DNA of 64,000 nucleotides, taken from the human T2T-CHM13v2.0 reference genome, Homo sapiens. The stretch is taken from the NCBI RefSeq assembly GCF_009914755.1, contig NC_060928.1. One strand, given 5' to 3'. How positions within the stretch are numbered: the stretch's first letter is position 1; each line of letters opens with the position of its first letter. Position numbers and translations under genes: made by a program. This document shows positions 14,977 to 29,460 of the stretch, piece after piece. The notes under the pieces were generated by a model. That model had not been told where the DNA came from, made no database searches, and saw only the letters and a list, made by a program, of their open reading frames with translations.

Positions 14977-16525
14977 AATGGCTGTGATTTCATTTGTTTT
15001 ATGAACTACAGAGTACAATTTATATGTTCACATAGAACCTGTTTAAAGCAAAACAAAACTAAAGCAGACATAATTTATTAAATGATGTGAAGGGTAAATA
15101 CTTGGGACTTTTTGTAGAAAAAAACTTAGAATTCCACAACTGAGATATTTTGGAGGGATTGCACTTCAGAATTTCTTTGGCCAACAATGCAGCTCCCTAC
15201 TCACAGATATGACTCCACAGCCTCCTCCCTGGGGCAGAGCCCACCAAGCCCTCACTGAAGCCCATGCAGAGAGAACCTTGCCTGCCCTGCAACACAGAGA
15301 AGGTGAATGAGGCCACATACAGCCCCTTCAGTGGGCTTACTTACTCTTCAGTGTACTGCAATCCTCCCACATGTGCTCACTGTTTGAAGCTTAAAAGACC
15401 TCATATTAGATTTTTTTCTCAATCTAATCACAAGAGTACTGGGATTGAGCAAGTAAAACTTAAAAGCTGGCAAACTCTGTCAGGCTACAGTAAGACTGTC
15501 ATCTCTGCTTCATACCCCCTCTGATCTTATAAGTTTCTTTATTTAAATAAAAAATTTGAAGTATTTACAATATCCTTCAAACATTGTTAGAACTGATATT
15601 TCAGATCTGATTGAGAACCAAGTTCGCATTTATTAAAGGTGGGGTTTTGTGTTTATTTTTATTTCAGATCATTGAGGCCGAACCTTTTTCAGGGGACGTG
15701 ATTGGGAAGCCATGAAATGTTTTTTACCTCATTTTCTTTTATTTGTGGAAGATATAGTTTAAGTTAAAAGACAGATGGAATCTAAACCGAAAATAACCTC
15801 CATCAAGCAACCTTCATTAACCCAGTTACCATAGCTAAGTATTCACCTCTCAAATAACATGACTGCCAAATGTTGAAACAGCCTATCCTTCCTCTGTAAA
15901 GAAATATGACACCAAAATGTGCCAAGAAAGGACCCTCAGAATCAAGAATATGGTAGATGCAGGATGGTACTAACTTGTTTTAAGAGTAGGGTAGAGTGAG
16001 AAAGGACCATTAATTTCTCAGACATGACCCCTGTACTTTTTCTGCTACCCCCATAATCCAATTAGTAACAGCACACCTAATGCTATAGCAACTAACCCAC
16101 TTTCTGAAAATAAATGACTTAACCATGGGAGGTAAGCTAATTCTTTTAAGAGAAAAGGTTATATTAAGTCGGCTACCTTGTGCAGAGCTTAAATGTCTAT
16201 TTTCCATTAAACCATTAAACTAAATTACTCTCTAATGCTATGAGTCATCTTAACATATGACTTAATGTATTGCTTGAAACACAATTAAGAGGCACTACAG
16301 AGTAATTATTTAAGTAATGTAATAGTAACACAGCAATATCCAGTCTAACAAACTTTCTGGTAGCATTCTCCTTCTCTGTGTGTCAAGTGGTATCATTTCT
16401 AGAGTACACATGTCTCTCTCTTAAATCTTAACAAGTAAAAAAACTTCAGTGTCGTAGTTCACATAGCATTTCAGCATAAAACACAGCAACTCTACCATAA
16501 GAAAGATACTTCTTTAAGTGCATAC

Positions 16526-16621
16526 CTTTTCTCTACTACTATGAGCAGTTAAAGACCTTTGTGCTGCCCCACGAAGAGCTGTTCGATAATTATAGAAATT
16601 GCTTGAAGGGTCCATCTGATG
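16526..16621 (-). CDS. RASGEF1B: RASGEF1B exon 10 (96 nt, HQMDPSSNFYNYR...SSREK)
   Basis: ctatag| acceptor, AAG|gtatgc donor, in frame. Confidence 0.95.
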
Positions 16622-17232
16622 CTATAGATAAAAGAGAGAAGAATATTAACTATTTATTTATTGTAAACTTCTGTAGGAAGTTTATAAGATCACATATTTA
16701 GCTATATACAAAATTCAAAATAAGTTAGGAAACTCAGTAGGAATATGATTTATCCTTCTCATACACACAAATGCACATGACACAAGTGTTTTCTTTCCTG
16801 AGATTTGGTGTAATTATGCGAGCTGATGTCAGCTTCAATAATGTTAAACCTAAACCGCATTCTTTCTAGGCTAATTGTTGAGCTTAGATGTAAAACAAAT
16901 AAGAGTCAAACACCAGCATCAGAAAAATTTCCTGTTTGCATCTGAAGGTCAACGGGCCCGTTGATGGTTAGCCATGCATAGTGATCCAACACTTTGTAGT
17001 GACAAATCATGCACAAATAATTGAAGCATATCATTTTGCAAGAAGGAAAATAAATGTATTAGGTTGTATGAATAGATCATAACATTATATATATAATGGT
17101 AATTTCCAATTTGGGAGAAAACTTGGGAGAGAACACTTTCTTATTGTCCCCAAAGATAGTAATTCGAAGCACTGATATACCAAGGTAGTACTGAGATGAA
17201 TATGATTCAAATACACATACTCTTGCACGCGA

Positions 17233-17644
<412 letters not shown>

Positions 17645-17986
17645 TGAGACACTGAAGATAAATGAAGCTAATAGGCTCACAGTGAAGTAAAACTCTCAAC
17701 TGCTCAGGACCAAAATTCCATTCTGACATATAAGGTGATGTGACTGACAGGTCACTATTTCCCCAGTCAATTAACCCCAGAATGGACATCTCTACCTATA
17801 AAGCAACCAGTACATAACCTGATTTATTTTCCCCTCCAATTCTACCCACTTTCCTTTCCCTGGGTCTGTAAAGATAGATGGGCTTTTTCCTCTGTCGTAG
17901 TCTGATGGAGAGGCAAGACCACATAAAGGAATTCCACTTTCCAGGTGTAAAGTGTTACTTAACAGCAAAACATCAGCTTCACATAC

Positions 17987-18066
17987 CTCAAGAATGTCAA
18001 ATTTTGCAGTCTTCACTTTGGCCCAAGTTTTTTTTAGTCGAGAGACTGGGCTCATATTCATACCAG
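17987..18066 (-). CDS. RASGEF1B: RASGEF1B exon 9 (80 nt, SGMNMSPVSRLKKTW...DILE)
   Basis: gggaag| acceptor, GAG|gtatgt donor; CDC25 motif VSRLKKTW. Confidence 0.94.
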
Positions 18067-18267
18067 CTTCCCATTTGAAATGGAGGGGGAGAAAAAAGGA
18101 AAATTGAAAGAGAGAAATAAGAAAAACGATAAACACATACTTCTAAAATACTTTCATTACTAAGTGAGAATTCTAAAATTAGTAAGTAACAAACTCCAAT
18201 TTTATAACTTTTTTTGTTTGCAAATTCTGAGTTGAGAAACAGCATAAATGCTATCACTGACTCTGTG

Positions 18268-18621
18268 CAGAGGTGAATACATTTTCTCTATGAAGGGAAA
18301 GAGAGTAAGCATTTTAGGCTTTCAGCCCATATGGTCTGTGTCATCACTACAAGACACTATCACTGTCATGCAAAAACAGCCACCATCCAGTTATGTAGAT
18401 AACTACATAAACAAATGGTTATGGTTGTGTTCCAGTAAAACTTTGTTTATGTACACTGAAATCTGAATTTATATTACAGTCACATGTTAGAAATGTTAGT
18501 ATTATTATTTTCATTTTTTTCAATCATTTAAAAAGATAAAAACCATTCTTAGCTCACTGGTCATAAAGAAACCAGTGACGGACCATATTTGACCCACGGG
18601 TCATAGTTTGCTGACCTTTGA
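18268..18621 (-). mobile_element. MER58B-like hAT MITE
   Basis: Same motifs as 682-982: tgttccagtaaaacttt..., catagtttgctgacc. Confidence 0.75.
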
Positions 18622-18969
18622 CCTAGAAACTAATGTGTCAAACACGCTTTGCGTGTACTATCTCATACATCCCCTCAACATTCTTAAAAGAATATGCTAA
18701 AGTTCCAGGGAGTAAGAAATTTTCCCAAGGATATCCAGTTAACAAGTAACAGAGATGGAAGCTCACATGGAGCTAACACCATAACCCACACTCATTCCAA
18801 CAAGCCATGCTGCCTCTCCTGAATGATACTTTACGTACTATAACTATTCAGAAAAATATTACAGTGGCTGTTGTACAGAAAAGGAACCCATGCCAGCCTA
18901 AATGAGTACGTATATTAATTCCATGCCACCAACATTCATATTTTAAGGACCAGAAGTGGGAGATTGCTT

Positions 18970-19940
18970 CCTAACTGAGGTACAATTTACATACAAAAAA
19001 TACACAGATCTTAAACACATAATTAGATGAATTTTGACTAATGTGTAAGTCCATGTATTACCACTCCAATCAAGATATAGTAGCACATTTCATGACCCCA
19101 GAAAGCTCCTTTGGACCCTCTTTGGTCACCTCCCCACCACCACAGAAATCAGAACAGTGGCTGCCTAAAACCAGAGATTCGTTTTGTCTGTCCTAGAACT
19201 TCGTATCAATGAAATCATACTGTATCCACTCTTGTGTCTGTCTTATTTTGCACAACATAATGATTCTAAAATTAATCCATGTTACTTATATGTATCAATT
19301 GTTCATTTTTATTGCCAAACAGTATTTCATTGTATTAACATGCCACAATTTATTTAGCCATTCATTTGTAAATGGGCATTTGGATTGTTTCCAGTCTTGG
19401 GCAATTATGAATAAAGCTGTGTTCTTTTACAAATCTTTCTGTGGACATGTGTTGGCATTTTCATGGAGTAAATATGTAGGTGTGTGCAATCTCTGCATTG
19501 CAGGGTAGAAATATGTTTAACCTTATAAGAAATTGCTGAACAGTTTTCCAAAGTAGTAGTACCATTTTATACTCCTGCCAATAATGTACAATAAGAGCCC
19601 CACTTGTTCCACATCTTCAACACTATTTGGTGTAACCAGTTTTTAAAATTCCAGTCATTCTAGTGTATGCAATGGTATTAATATTTTGCTGCAATTTAAT
19701 TTGTATTTCTCTGATGACTAATGATGTGGAACACCATTTCAGATACTCGTTAGCCATTAATATACAGTATCCTCTCGCATGACAAATCTGTTTCAGTCTT
19801 TTGGCCTTTTTTTTTACTGGGTTATTTGTCTTTTCATTGATTTGTAGGGTTCTTTGTAGATTCTGGATACAAGTTATTTGTCAGCTCTATGTATTACATA
19901 CATTTTCTCCGATGCTATGGCTTGCCTTGACATTTTCTTA
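18970..19940 (-). mobile_element. Old L1M 3' fragment
   Basis: tgaggtacaatttacatac...gggcatttggattgtttccag...ctgatgactaatgatg L1M reverse motifs. Confidence 0.8.
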
Positions 19941-20237
19941 CTAGTAGAAGAGGGAAATTAAGTAATCTATTATCTAGACTGTGGGCCTTTCAGTCCCTGA
20001 TTCAGATAATCTTTCTGTTTGCTATTTTCACGGAGTTAGTCAGAAAAATAATAAGCTGAGACTTGGCCAGTATTTTTTATGGGGGGAGAGAAAGAGGAAA
20101 TGATATGTAAACAAAATGGAAAAATAAATTGGTGGAAGGGAGAATTTATTAGATTAAGATTCTTGAACTAAATTTGGTAGACTCTCTAGCTTCAAACTGA
20201 TCCTTCGAAAAGACCTCAACTCTCTTCTTCTTCTTCC

Positions 20238-20523
20238 TTTTTTTTTAGACGGAGTCTCCCTCTGTCGCCAGGCTAGAATGCAGTGGCATGATTTCAGCTC
20301 GCTGCAACCTCCGACTCCTTGGTTCAAGCGATTCTCTTGCCTCAGCCTCCTGAGTGGCTGGGATTACAGGCATGTGCCACCATGCCCAGCTAATTTTTGT
20401 ATTTTTAGTAGATACAGGGTTTCACCATGTTGGCCAGGGTGGTCTCGATCTCCTGACTTTGTGATCCACCCGCCTTGCCTCCCAAAGTGCTGGGATTACA
20501 GGCGTGAGCCACTGTGCCCAGCC
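20238..20523 (-). mobile_element. AluS (Sc-like)
   Basis: Reverse Alu with ctgtcgccaggct. Confidence 0.9.
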
Positions 20524-21215
20524 TATTCTTCTATTCAAATGTTTATTGAGCACCTACAAATTTATAAGATGGCCATATAATTGATCATACAAACTAGGAC
20601 ACTTTTTAATGAAAGAGCTACTATCAAAAGCTATTATCAATAATTAAGGCAAGACAACAAGTATAAATTGGAACAACCAAGACATATTGTTACCATACAT
20701 ATTTATAGAATGAAAGGAAAGAAACATGGTCTCTGATGTTAAAACCTCCATGATATAGAGGAGTGAGTTTGTATACTAGAGTAATAAGGTCTGTGGGTGA
20801 TAAGTACTAGAAGCCTGAACAGTTAGAAAATGTACCAGTTTCTTAGGCCACTCTCTTGTCCAAGGAATCAGATAACTTAGTCTTGGATCATTATTTCTAT
20901 AATACTTGATATGCAAGCTGCCAAAATACTTTTTAAAACTCTTTATGTAGGCAAATATCTTATGTATAAGCCTTTGTAGATGAATATTTAGCTAAGGTTA
21001 ACTTAAAACATTCCAACAATTCTTGCATACTTAAGAAAGATTACACACATACTTGCACTCATTTGGCTATTTAAAGCATTTTGGGCATTCTCAAATAACT
21101 CTGGATTAAAAAATACAGTCTGTACTAACAAAACCATACTATTTGCACATTTTCTGTGGGTCATTTTACAGGATTCGTAAAGATAAACGACATGTATCCT
21201 CCACAAAATACTCAC

Positions 21216-21318
21216 AGATTATCGCCATCAAGGAGTTGAAGTTGCCAATGTTAAAACACTCCCGAGCTACGTCAATGAAATACTCAATCATTCTTGCTCG
21301 GTGTTTTTTCTTAACAGG
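21216..21318 (-). CDS. RASGEF1B: RASGEF1B exon 8 (103 nt, PVKKKHRAR...NFNSLMAII)
   Basis: gtgtag| acceptor, T|gtgagt donor (phase 1); CDC25 motif GNFNSLMAII. Confidence 0.95.
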
Positions 21319-21432
21319 CTACACAGTAAAAGACAATAGAGGGCAGTTATCCAGTATGAAGGCCCAACAGTTCTAAAATAAGTATGAAAAAATAATGTTG
21401 AGAACTAGGAGACAGAAAATTCATTTCCTCAC

Positions 21433-21528
21433 CATACAGATTTCTGTAGCAACCAAGTAGCTGAGGCGATTAAACCATTCCACGTAAGCTTCTAAGTTTC
21501 GTGTTTTCTTCCGTTCACTGTAGCAACT
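21433..21528 (-). CDS. RASGEF1B: RASGEF1B exon 7 (96 nt, SCYSERKK...ATEICM; CDC25 domain)
   Basis: ctaaag| acceptor, ATG|gtgagg donor; WFNRLSYLVATEI RasGEF motif. Confidence 0.95.
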
Positions 21529-21622
21529 CTTTAGAGAAAACAAAGTAAACAGATGAGTTAGAGGAAAAAAACAATGTAGTGGACTCTCATTTTGTGAAAT
21601 ACGAGCCTTTAGTCTCAGTTTA

Positions 21623-22098
<476 letters not shown>

Positions 22099-23193
22099 CT
22101 AAGTTAGTCTGGATTGTATCTTCAGAAACACAATTCAGAGGAAGAATTCTGGCTGCATTCCAAAACAATCCCGACTCAGATAGAGTGCAAATACCAACTG
22201 CTATAATCGATACAGCAAAAAATGGCTAAGAGTACAGAGGAGTAGAACATTTTCTCTTAAAATTAAGCATAGGACAAAATTTTAGAACATAATGTTGCAA
22301 CAAACTAAGTATCTCCCAAGTAGATAAACAGAAGTCTACACCATCATGGTCTTTAGTAGGGTGAGTAACACATTGTTCAAAGGCAAAAAAGTTAATCTCA
22401 TCTTGAAGTTCAAGGCCAGCTTGAAGAGGCTAATTACACCCCTCTTTCCTTCCTTCCAAAAGAAAGAGACAAACAAAGAGTCCACTAGCCTTCTACTGCA
22501 AAACAAATTCTTCACTTCCTGTATTAGGAGACACTATTCTAAGGCCGGAAAGCAGCTGTTGCCCCCACTCTCAGAAGGGGGCTTTCAGCAGTGTGTGTTG
22601 TAGTCTTTGCCTAACAATTCAAAATGCTTCCAGGTCACTGGGAGATAAAAAATTTTCTTATATGTGTACACTGATTTGACAGTCCCTGCCCAGCATTATT
22701 TTCTTTAATAGTGGGCTGCACCTAGGCAATAAACCTCTCATGAGAGATTCACCTTAAAACAAGAGGCAAAGCAGTCAAGCCCCTTGCTCAGCAAGCTGGA
22801 TGTGCATCCTGTCTTTCCTGCCCCTGCTATTGTTGAATTATGGGCAGAACCTTCTCTCTTAGCAGATTCTTAATCTGCTAAAACCATTATGCTTTCGTCT
22901 CCTATTTTCATCACCACAAATGCCTGCATCTACTTGCTGTAAAGGTCTTACTAAATTTCCCAATAAGGAGGAAGAAAAGGCTACAAGTTAGTGATGGGGC
23001 AATATTATAAAGGAGCTTGGAGACCTCGCTCAAGAAAACTGCCATGAATCAGACGTGGCTGATGGAAAAAAAAAATTCTGATTTTAAAATCTACAACAGA
23101 ATATAGTTCTAACTTCCGTCCTTTATACCCACTATCATAGACTGATAAATCCCATTTTTGGTTTCAGTGCTGACCTTTGGGTAGACTGATTAC

Positions 23194-23268
23194 CTTGTCA
23201 TTATCCAAAGGGTCCTTCTGCACGAACGCCTGAACAAATTCTTCTGGCCCAATATAATTGAGCCTCTC
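23194..23268 (-). CDS. RASGEF1B: RASGEF1B exon 6 (75 nt, ERLNYIGPEEFVQAFVQKDPLDNDK)
   Basis: tttcag| acceptor, AAG|gtaatc donor, in frame. Confidence 0.95.
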
Positions 23269-23758
23269 CTGAAACACAAACCCAGAAGGTCAACAGTATT
23301 AAAGAAAATGAAAAGAAATGGACTGTCAACTCCCTCTATGACTATTGGCACCACCCCCCATTTTTTAATGAAGATTATAAAATAAACCTTTAGCCCTAAA
23401 TAATTTCATCATCTTCAAGGTCTGTGCGGAGGCAATTTTCTGCTTGGGTCAATGTTCCACAAGATAGTGAAAGGCTGAGCAGGTTTTGGAAAAACTGATT
23501 AGAGGCGGAAGGTGAGGAAAGTCAATAAACTCTTTGCTCTTCAGCCTTGTTTAGTATTTATTTACAAGTGAATCCCCAGAATATCAGAAGCATTCATATT
23601 CAAATCCATAAACAAAGTATGTTTCAGCTATCTCAGATGATTTCCCACTTGGATTATTCTGACCTCTCCTGTGACATTACCGCTGACAAATATATTGTCT
23701 GGTTGCCAAAGCAAAGCAAATCTGTGGTTGTAAAGGGCAAAGATGATAACGGCCTTAC

Positions 23759-23974
23759 CAGCTCTATATGAGTCAGCTGCTGGGCCAACGTGTAAGGGTC
23801 GTTGCAGACAGTAATGATATCCCTTTGTATAGACTGTGGCTTGGTCTTGAGAACTGTGAGCCGATCTGTGGATGTGGAGCTGATTTTTGCCAGGACTTCT
23901 TCGTACTGGCTGAGCGCAGCAAGCTTGCGGATCAGACACTGCATCATTTGCTGGACATTCTTTCTGTATGTCTG
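23759..23974 (-). CDS. RASGEF1B: RASGEF1B exon 5 ((Q)TYRKNVQQ...THIEL); NAGNAG alternative start at 23971
   Basis: ccctag|cag|ACATAC tandem acceptor; CTG|gtaagg donor; matches ORF 23654..23947. Confidence 0.95.
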
Positions 23975-24418
23975 CTAGGGAATAAGCGAAGAATTACATC
24001 CGTACTCTGCGTGTCTGGTTTTGCCACTATGCAAACTCAGAGACTGTGTCCTCAAATGATTTTACCTGGACATTGGAGAATAAACTTGGTTAAGGGCAGT
24101 TACGGGAAGATTCAGCTAGCTCTAACAGTTTGAGACACATGCATAAGGCATTTTCAAACCTGTAAGGTTTAGTTCTTCTTTGGGGTTGCGACTGAGAGTA
24201 CAGTTCAGGTTGGGCCATGAAAACACTCCCGTGACAATTTAGATTACATCTTGAGGGAATCCAGTATAATGAGTACTAAGTATAACTGAATGTCCTCTGT
24301 TCCAGCAAAGAAATATACCTACCAGTTTACTTCTGGTGGGTTGAAATACATTGATCGCAAGTCAATGCATCCTTTTCCTAAGGCTTTTTCTTTAGGGCCA
24401 CCTTCTTGATTTCTCTAG

Positions 24419-24801
<383 letters not shown>

Positions 24802-25925
24802 TACCACCTTCTTGACTTACACATAAAATGTGCATTACCATGAGGAAGCAGTGGATATTCATTTCTGGCATCTGACCTCCACTGGGCTCATAATCATTTC
24901 TTTTGCATTCATGACTCACTATTAATGTTCACGACCAAACTCTTCCACATGGCAATTCTCCCTGCAACACTACTCCCAGGTGCCACTTTGTTTGCTACTT
25001 CATTATGCTACAGCCTCATGCTTAAGAGAAACTAGTTTAAAAAAGCACTGCATGTAGTTTAGATAACTGTCAACCTCCTGACTTTTAAAACATTTGTTAA
25101 ATCAAGAAATGACTTCATAATCCATCAATCCCAGGGCACAGCTATGATATAAGTTGCAGAGTCCATTCAGTCTTCCTTTTCTAGCCAAAAATTTCCAAAA
25201 TAATATTCTTCTAGGTAAATTATGATGCCTGTATCAGAGAAAGGCACACAGGCTGATTCAATGCTAACATGGTCCTTAGGTTAAATCTCCAAAGGAGGAT
25301 ATCCCCAGTAAACCTACAGATGTAGAAAGGCCTATGTTTATGGCTCCATTGGCTTTTAAAAAAATACCACAATATCATTTGCTGAGATTAATTATCTGAA
25401 AATTAAGTGGCATTTACCTACAAGTATAAGACCCATAGTTTTTTTATAGAGGCAATTTTGTTTATTAGAGTATATTACAAAAACCCAAACGAAGAGATAT
25501 TTGCTTATGAGGAGAATGACAACATATCAAGAAATGGTTAACTCTTGCATAGTCAAGGTGTAAAAAGCATACACAGCCTTCTTTTCCTTTTCTTCTCTAT
25601 TTGTTAGTGTATATTCTGCTGAGTTCTTTAAACTGGTCCATTAGATGACCCCTATTTTTCTCTATAGTCATGGATCACCCTAAAATCACTAATGAAACAT
25701 CTATGTATTTAAAAATTGAACAGACAAAAATCCCACCTTCCATACAGCACTAAGGTTATCAGTTTAGAAAATGCTATTTGGTAATATGTTTGTCACTCAA
25801 GGGAAATGTCTTTTTTTTGGAATTCAAAGCTGTTCAAGGATGAGTTGAGGGTTATTTTAAATCTCTCATTCCTATTTCCCCCTCCTCTTTTAATTTTATA
25901 AACTTGAGTTACAGTAAAAATCTAT

Positions 25926-26583
<658 letters not shown>

Positions 26584-26761
26584 TCTACCAACTTAAAATG
26601 TTTTATTCAGTCCTTTGTCCAAAATGTCATAACAAATGACTACATGAGAGTTAGATACTACTTCTAATAATTATGCAAATATTTCCCAGTGTATTACTCA
26701 GAATGGCTAATAAACACCTTCTTGGAGATACTTAATTACAGCATATACTATCCAGGGTAGA

Positions 26762-26797
26762 ATCGCTTCTCACCCTTTTGGCTAAGATCAAGTGCAG
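26762..26797 (+). pseudogene. U2 snRNA 5'-fragment retropseudogene (tailless)
   Basis: ATCGCTTCTCacCCTTTTGGCTAAGATCAAGTGcAG versus U2 5' end ATCGCTTCTCGGCCTTTTGGCTAAGATCAAGTGTAG (3 mismatches in 36); flanks agggtagaa/agagtagaa. Confidence 0.9.
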
Positions 26798-27019
26798 AGT
26801 AGAAAATACATGTTACAAAGTTGAAGTTTCACAGTCAGTAAAGCCTGTTTACAAGAGCAACCCACAACTATATGTTACTACTTTACTAAACAGAGTTTGA
26901 TATGAAGAAGGGACTTAATCTTCTTTGCTAAGTCTTTCTCAGAAAACGCCTGAGTTTTCAGTATAAACAAATTTAACTTGTTTGTGTCCAATAGAATAGT
27001 TTTTAAAAAGAAAAAGAAA

Positions 27020-27380
27020 CATGGCCCAATCACATACTGGACTACTGTATAGCAGCTGAAAGAAGATACAGCTACCTACATTGACATGGAAGGGTTTCCA
27101 AGACATAACACAGAGAAAACAAGCAGGGTGATGAATACTAGGTAAACACACATGGAAACAAAAGCCATACACACTACTTTCTGTGAACACCTGTATACAT
27201 AGGAGCAGCGCCGGAAGGATACACACAAAATTGACAACACTTGTTACCTTTAAGAGAGAAGCTGGATTGAATGGAGTTTTTTGGCCTCTTTTGCTTTGTA
27301 TGAATTCTTTTTAAACAAAATCTAAGTGAATATATTCCTATATTACTTGATATATTAAAAATAAAATGTTTTAAAATTTT
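27020..27380 (+). mobile_element. Old L1M(E) 3' fragment
   Basis: catactggactactgtatagcagctgaaag...ttgacatggaagggtttccaagacat L1ME-like motifs. Confidence 0.6.
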
Positions 27381-27599
27381 CCCACAGAATGGGATTTTTT
27401 GGATAACACAGGCATGAGACATGCACAAGAAAGTTCTTTTCACTTAAAAAAGCCAACAACTCATTTAAAAATATTTATTATTCTATGCCTCAGCTGCTAT
27501 TCCATGCATGTTATCATTCCTACATCATGCACCTTCTCCTCACCCCTTCCCGGGATCCCTGCAGAAAATACTTTAGTAAGAAATTACCACTTCTATTCA

Positions 27600-28115
<516 letters not shown>

Positions 28116-28794
28116 TAGAAAAATTTACTGGGGGAAGAGGCAGAGGAATGTATAATCAGGTTGTTAGCAAAAAACTGCATCAAAATATAAGGGAAAAATG
28201 TATGCAATAGAGTATGGGGGAAAGCTATTCAACAACAACTAGTGTGTGAGCATGTGAGAGAGTGTATGTATATGACCTCTTTTAAAAGTTTCCTGCTGCC
28301 AGTTGATTCCATTTGAGAAATCAAGCTTTGTGTTGTTAAGCATGGTTCCTCACTGAGTCATGAATTACTAAATATGTACTTATTCTTTTTTATAACTTCA
28401 AATGCCAGTGACAGTAATTACCTGGCAAATAAAGATAGAAGCTCTTATTATAAAGACCAGCCCCTTAAGGAAGAGAAAATTGCATTCTACTCACTACAGT
28501 CATTTGTCATGTAATTCAATCATTAGTTTCATTTCATGTTTCTTGCAGGCAAGTCCTAATAAACCACTTCATTTTGGGCAAATCCCCAGGGGAGAAACAT
28601 ATTATGCCAAATTATGTAGAACTGTCCTGGTAGATTCAGAAGAACCTGACTAAATTATACATACGGCACACCTGGATTCACTGACTGCCAAAAGGAGAAA
28701 AAAAAAAAAAAAAAGTCCCAGGCAAGAAGCAACAAATCCCAACCCAGACCCATATTCCTTCCAATAGAGGGAAATAATTTTTCCCTATTCCAGT

Positions 28795-29460
28795 AATTCA
28801 TTTGTTCATTCATTCATTGATTGACTCATTCATTCAAACACTACTGAGAGAATACTAGGTGCCAGGTACTGAGCTAGGAGTTAAGGATGCCGTGGTGAAC
28901 AAAGAGGGCACAGCATGGGGTCTAGAGGGGAAAACAAGCAATAAAAATGCAAGTACAGTCATCCCTCAGTATCCTCGGGAGATTGGTTCCAGGACTTCCC
29001 TGGGATTCTAAAATCTGCAGATGGTCAAGTCTCCGCTCTAAGATGGTACAGTATTTTCATACAACATCCGCACATCCTCCTGTATACTTTAAATCATCTC
29101 TACATTACTTATAATAGCTAACGCAACGTAAATGCTATGTAAATCACTGTGATACTGTATTGTTTAGGGAATAATGACAAGGAAAAAAAGTCTATATGTG
29201 TTCAGTACAGACTTAATATTTTTTGAATATTTTCAATCTGAGGTTGGTTGAACCCATGGATGCAGATCCCACAAATACAGAGAGAGGGCCAGCTATCATT
29301 ACTCATCACAGAGTGCTAAGAATGACTATGAAGGGAAGAGCAGTGAAAGCCCATAATGGGAGGGGGTATGATCATAGTTGGGTGCCGAGGGAAGGTCTCT
29401 CTGAGGAGAGCCACCTAAGCACGTGACTGATAAGGAGCCTGAAGCCAAAGAACTGGAGGA
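28795..29460 (-). mobile_element. L2 3' end interrupted by MER2
   Basis: cattcattcatt...gtgccaggtactgagctagg; resumes after 29293 with agggaaggtctctctgaggag. Confidence 0.7.
28956..29293 (+). mobile_element. MER2 (TcMar-Tigger)
   Basis: ta|CAGTCATCCCTCAGTATCC...GATTGGTTCCAGGAC start and gttggttgaacccatggatgc end. Confidence 0.88.
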
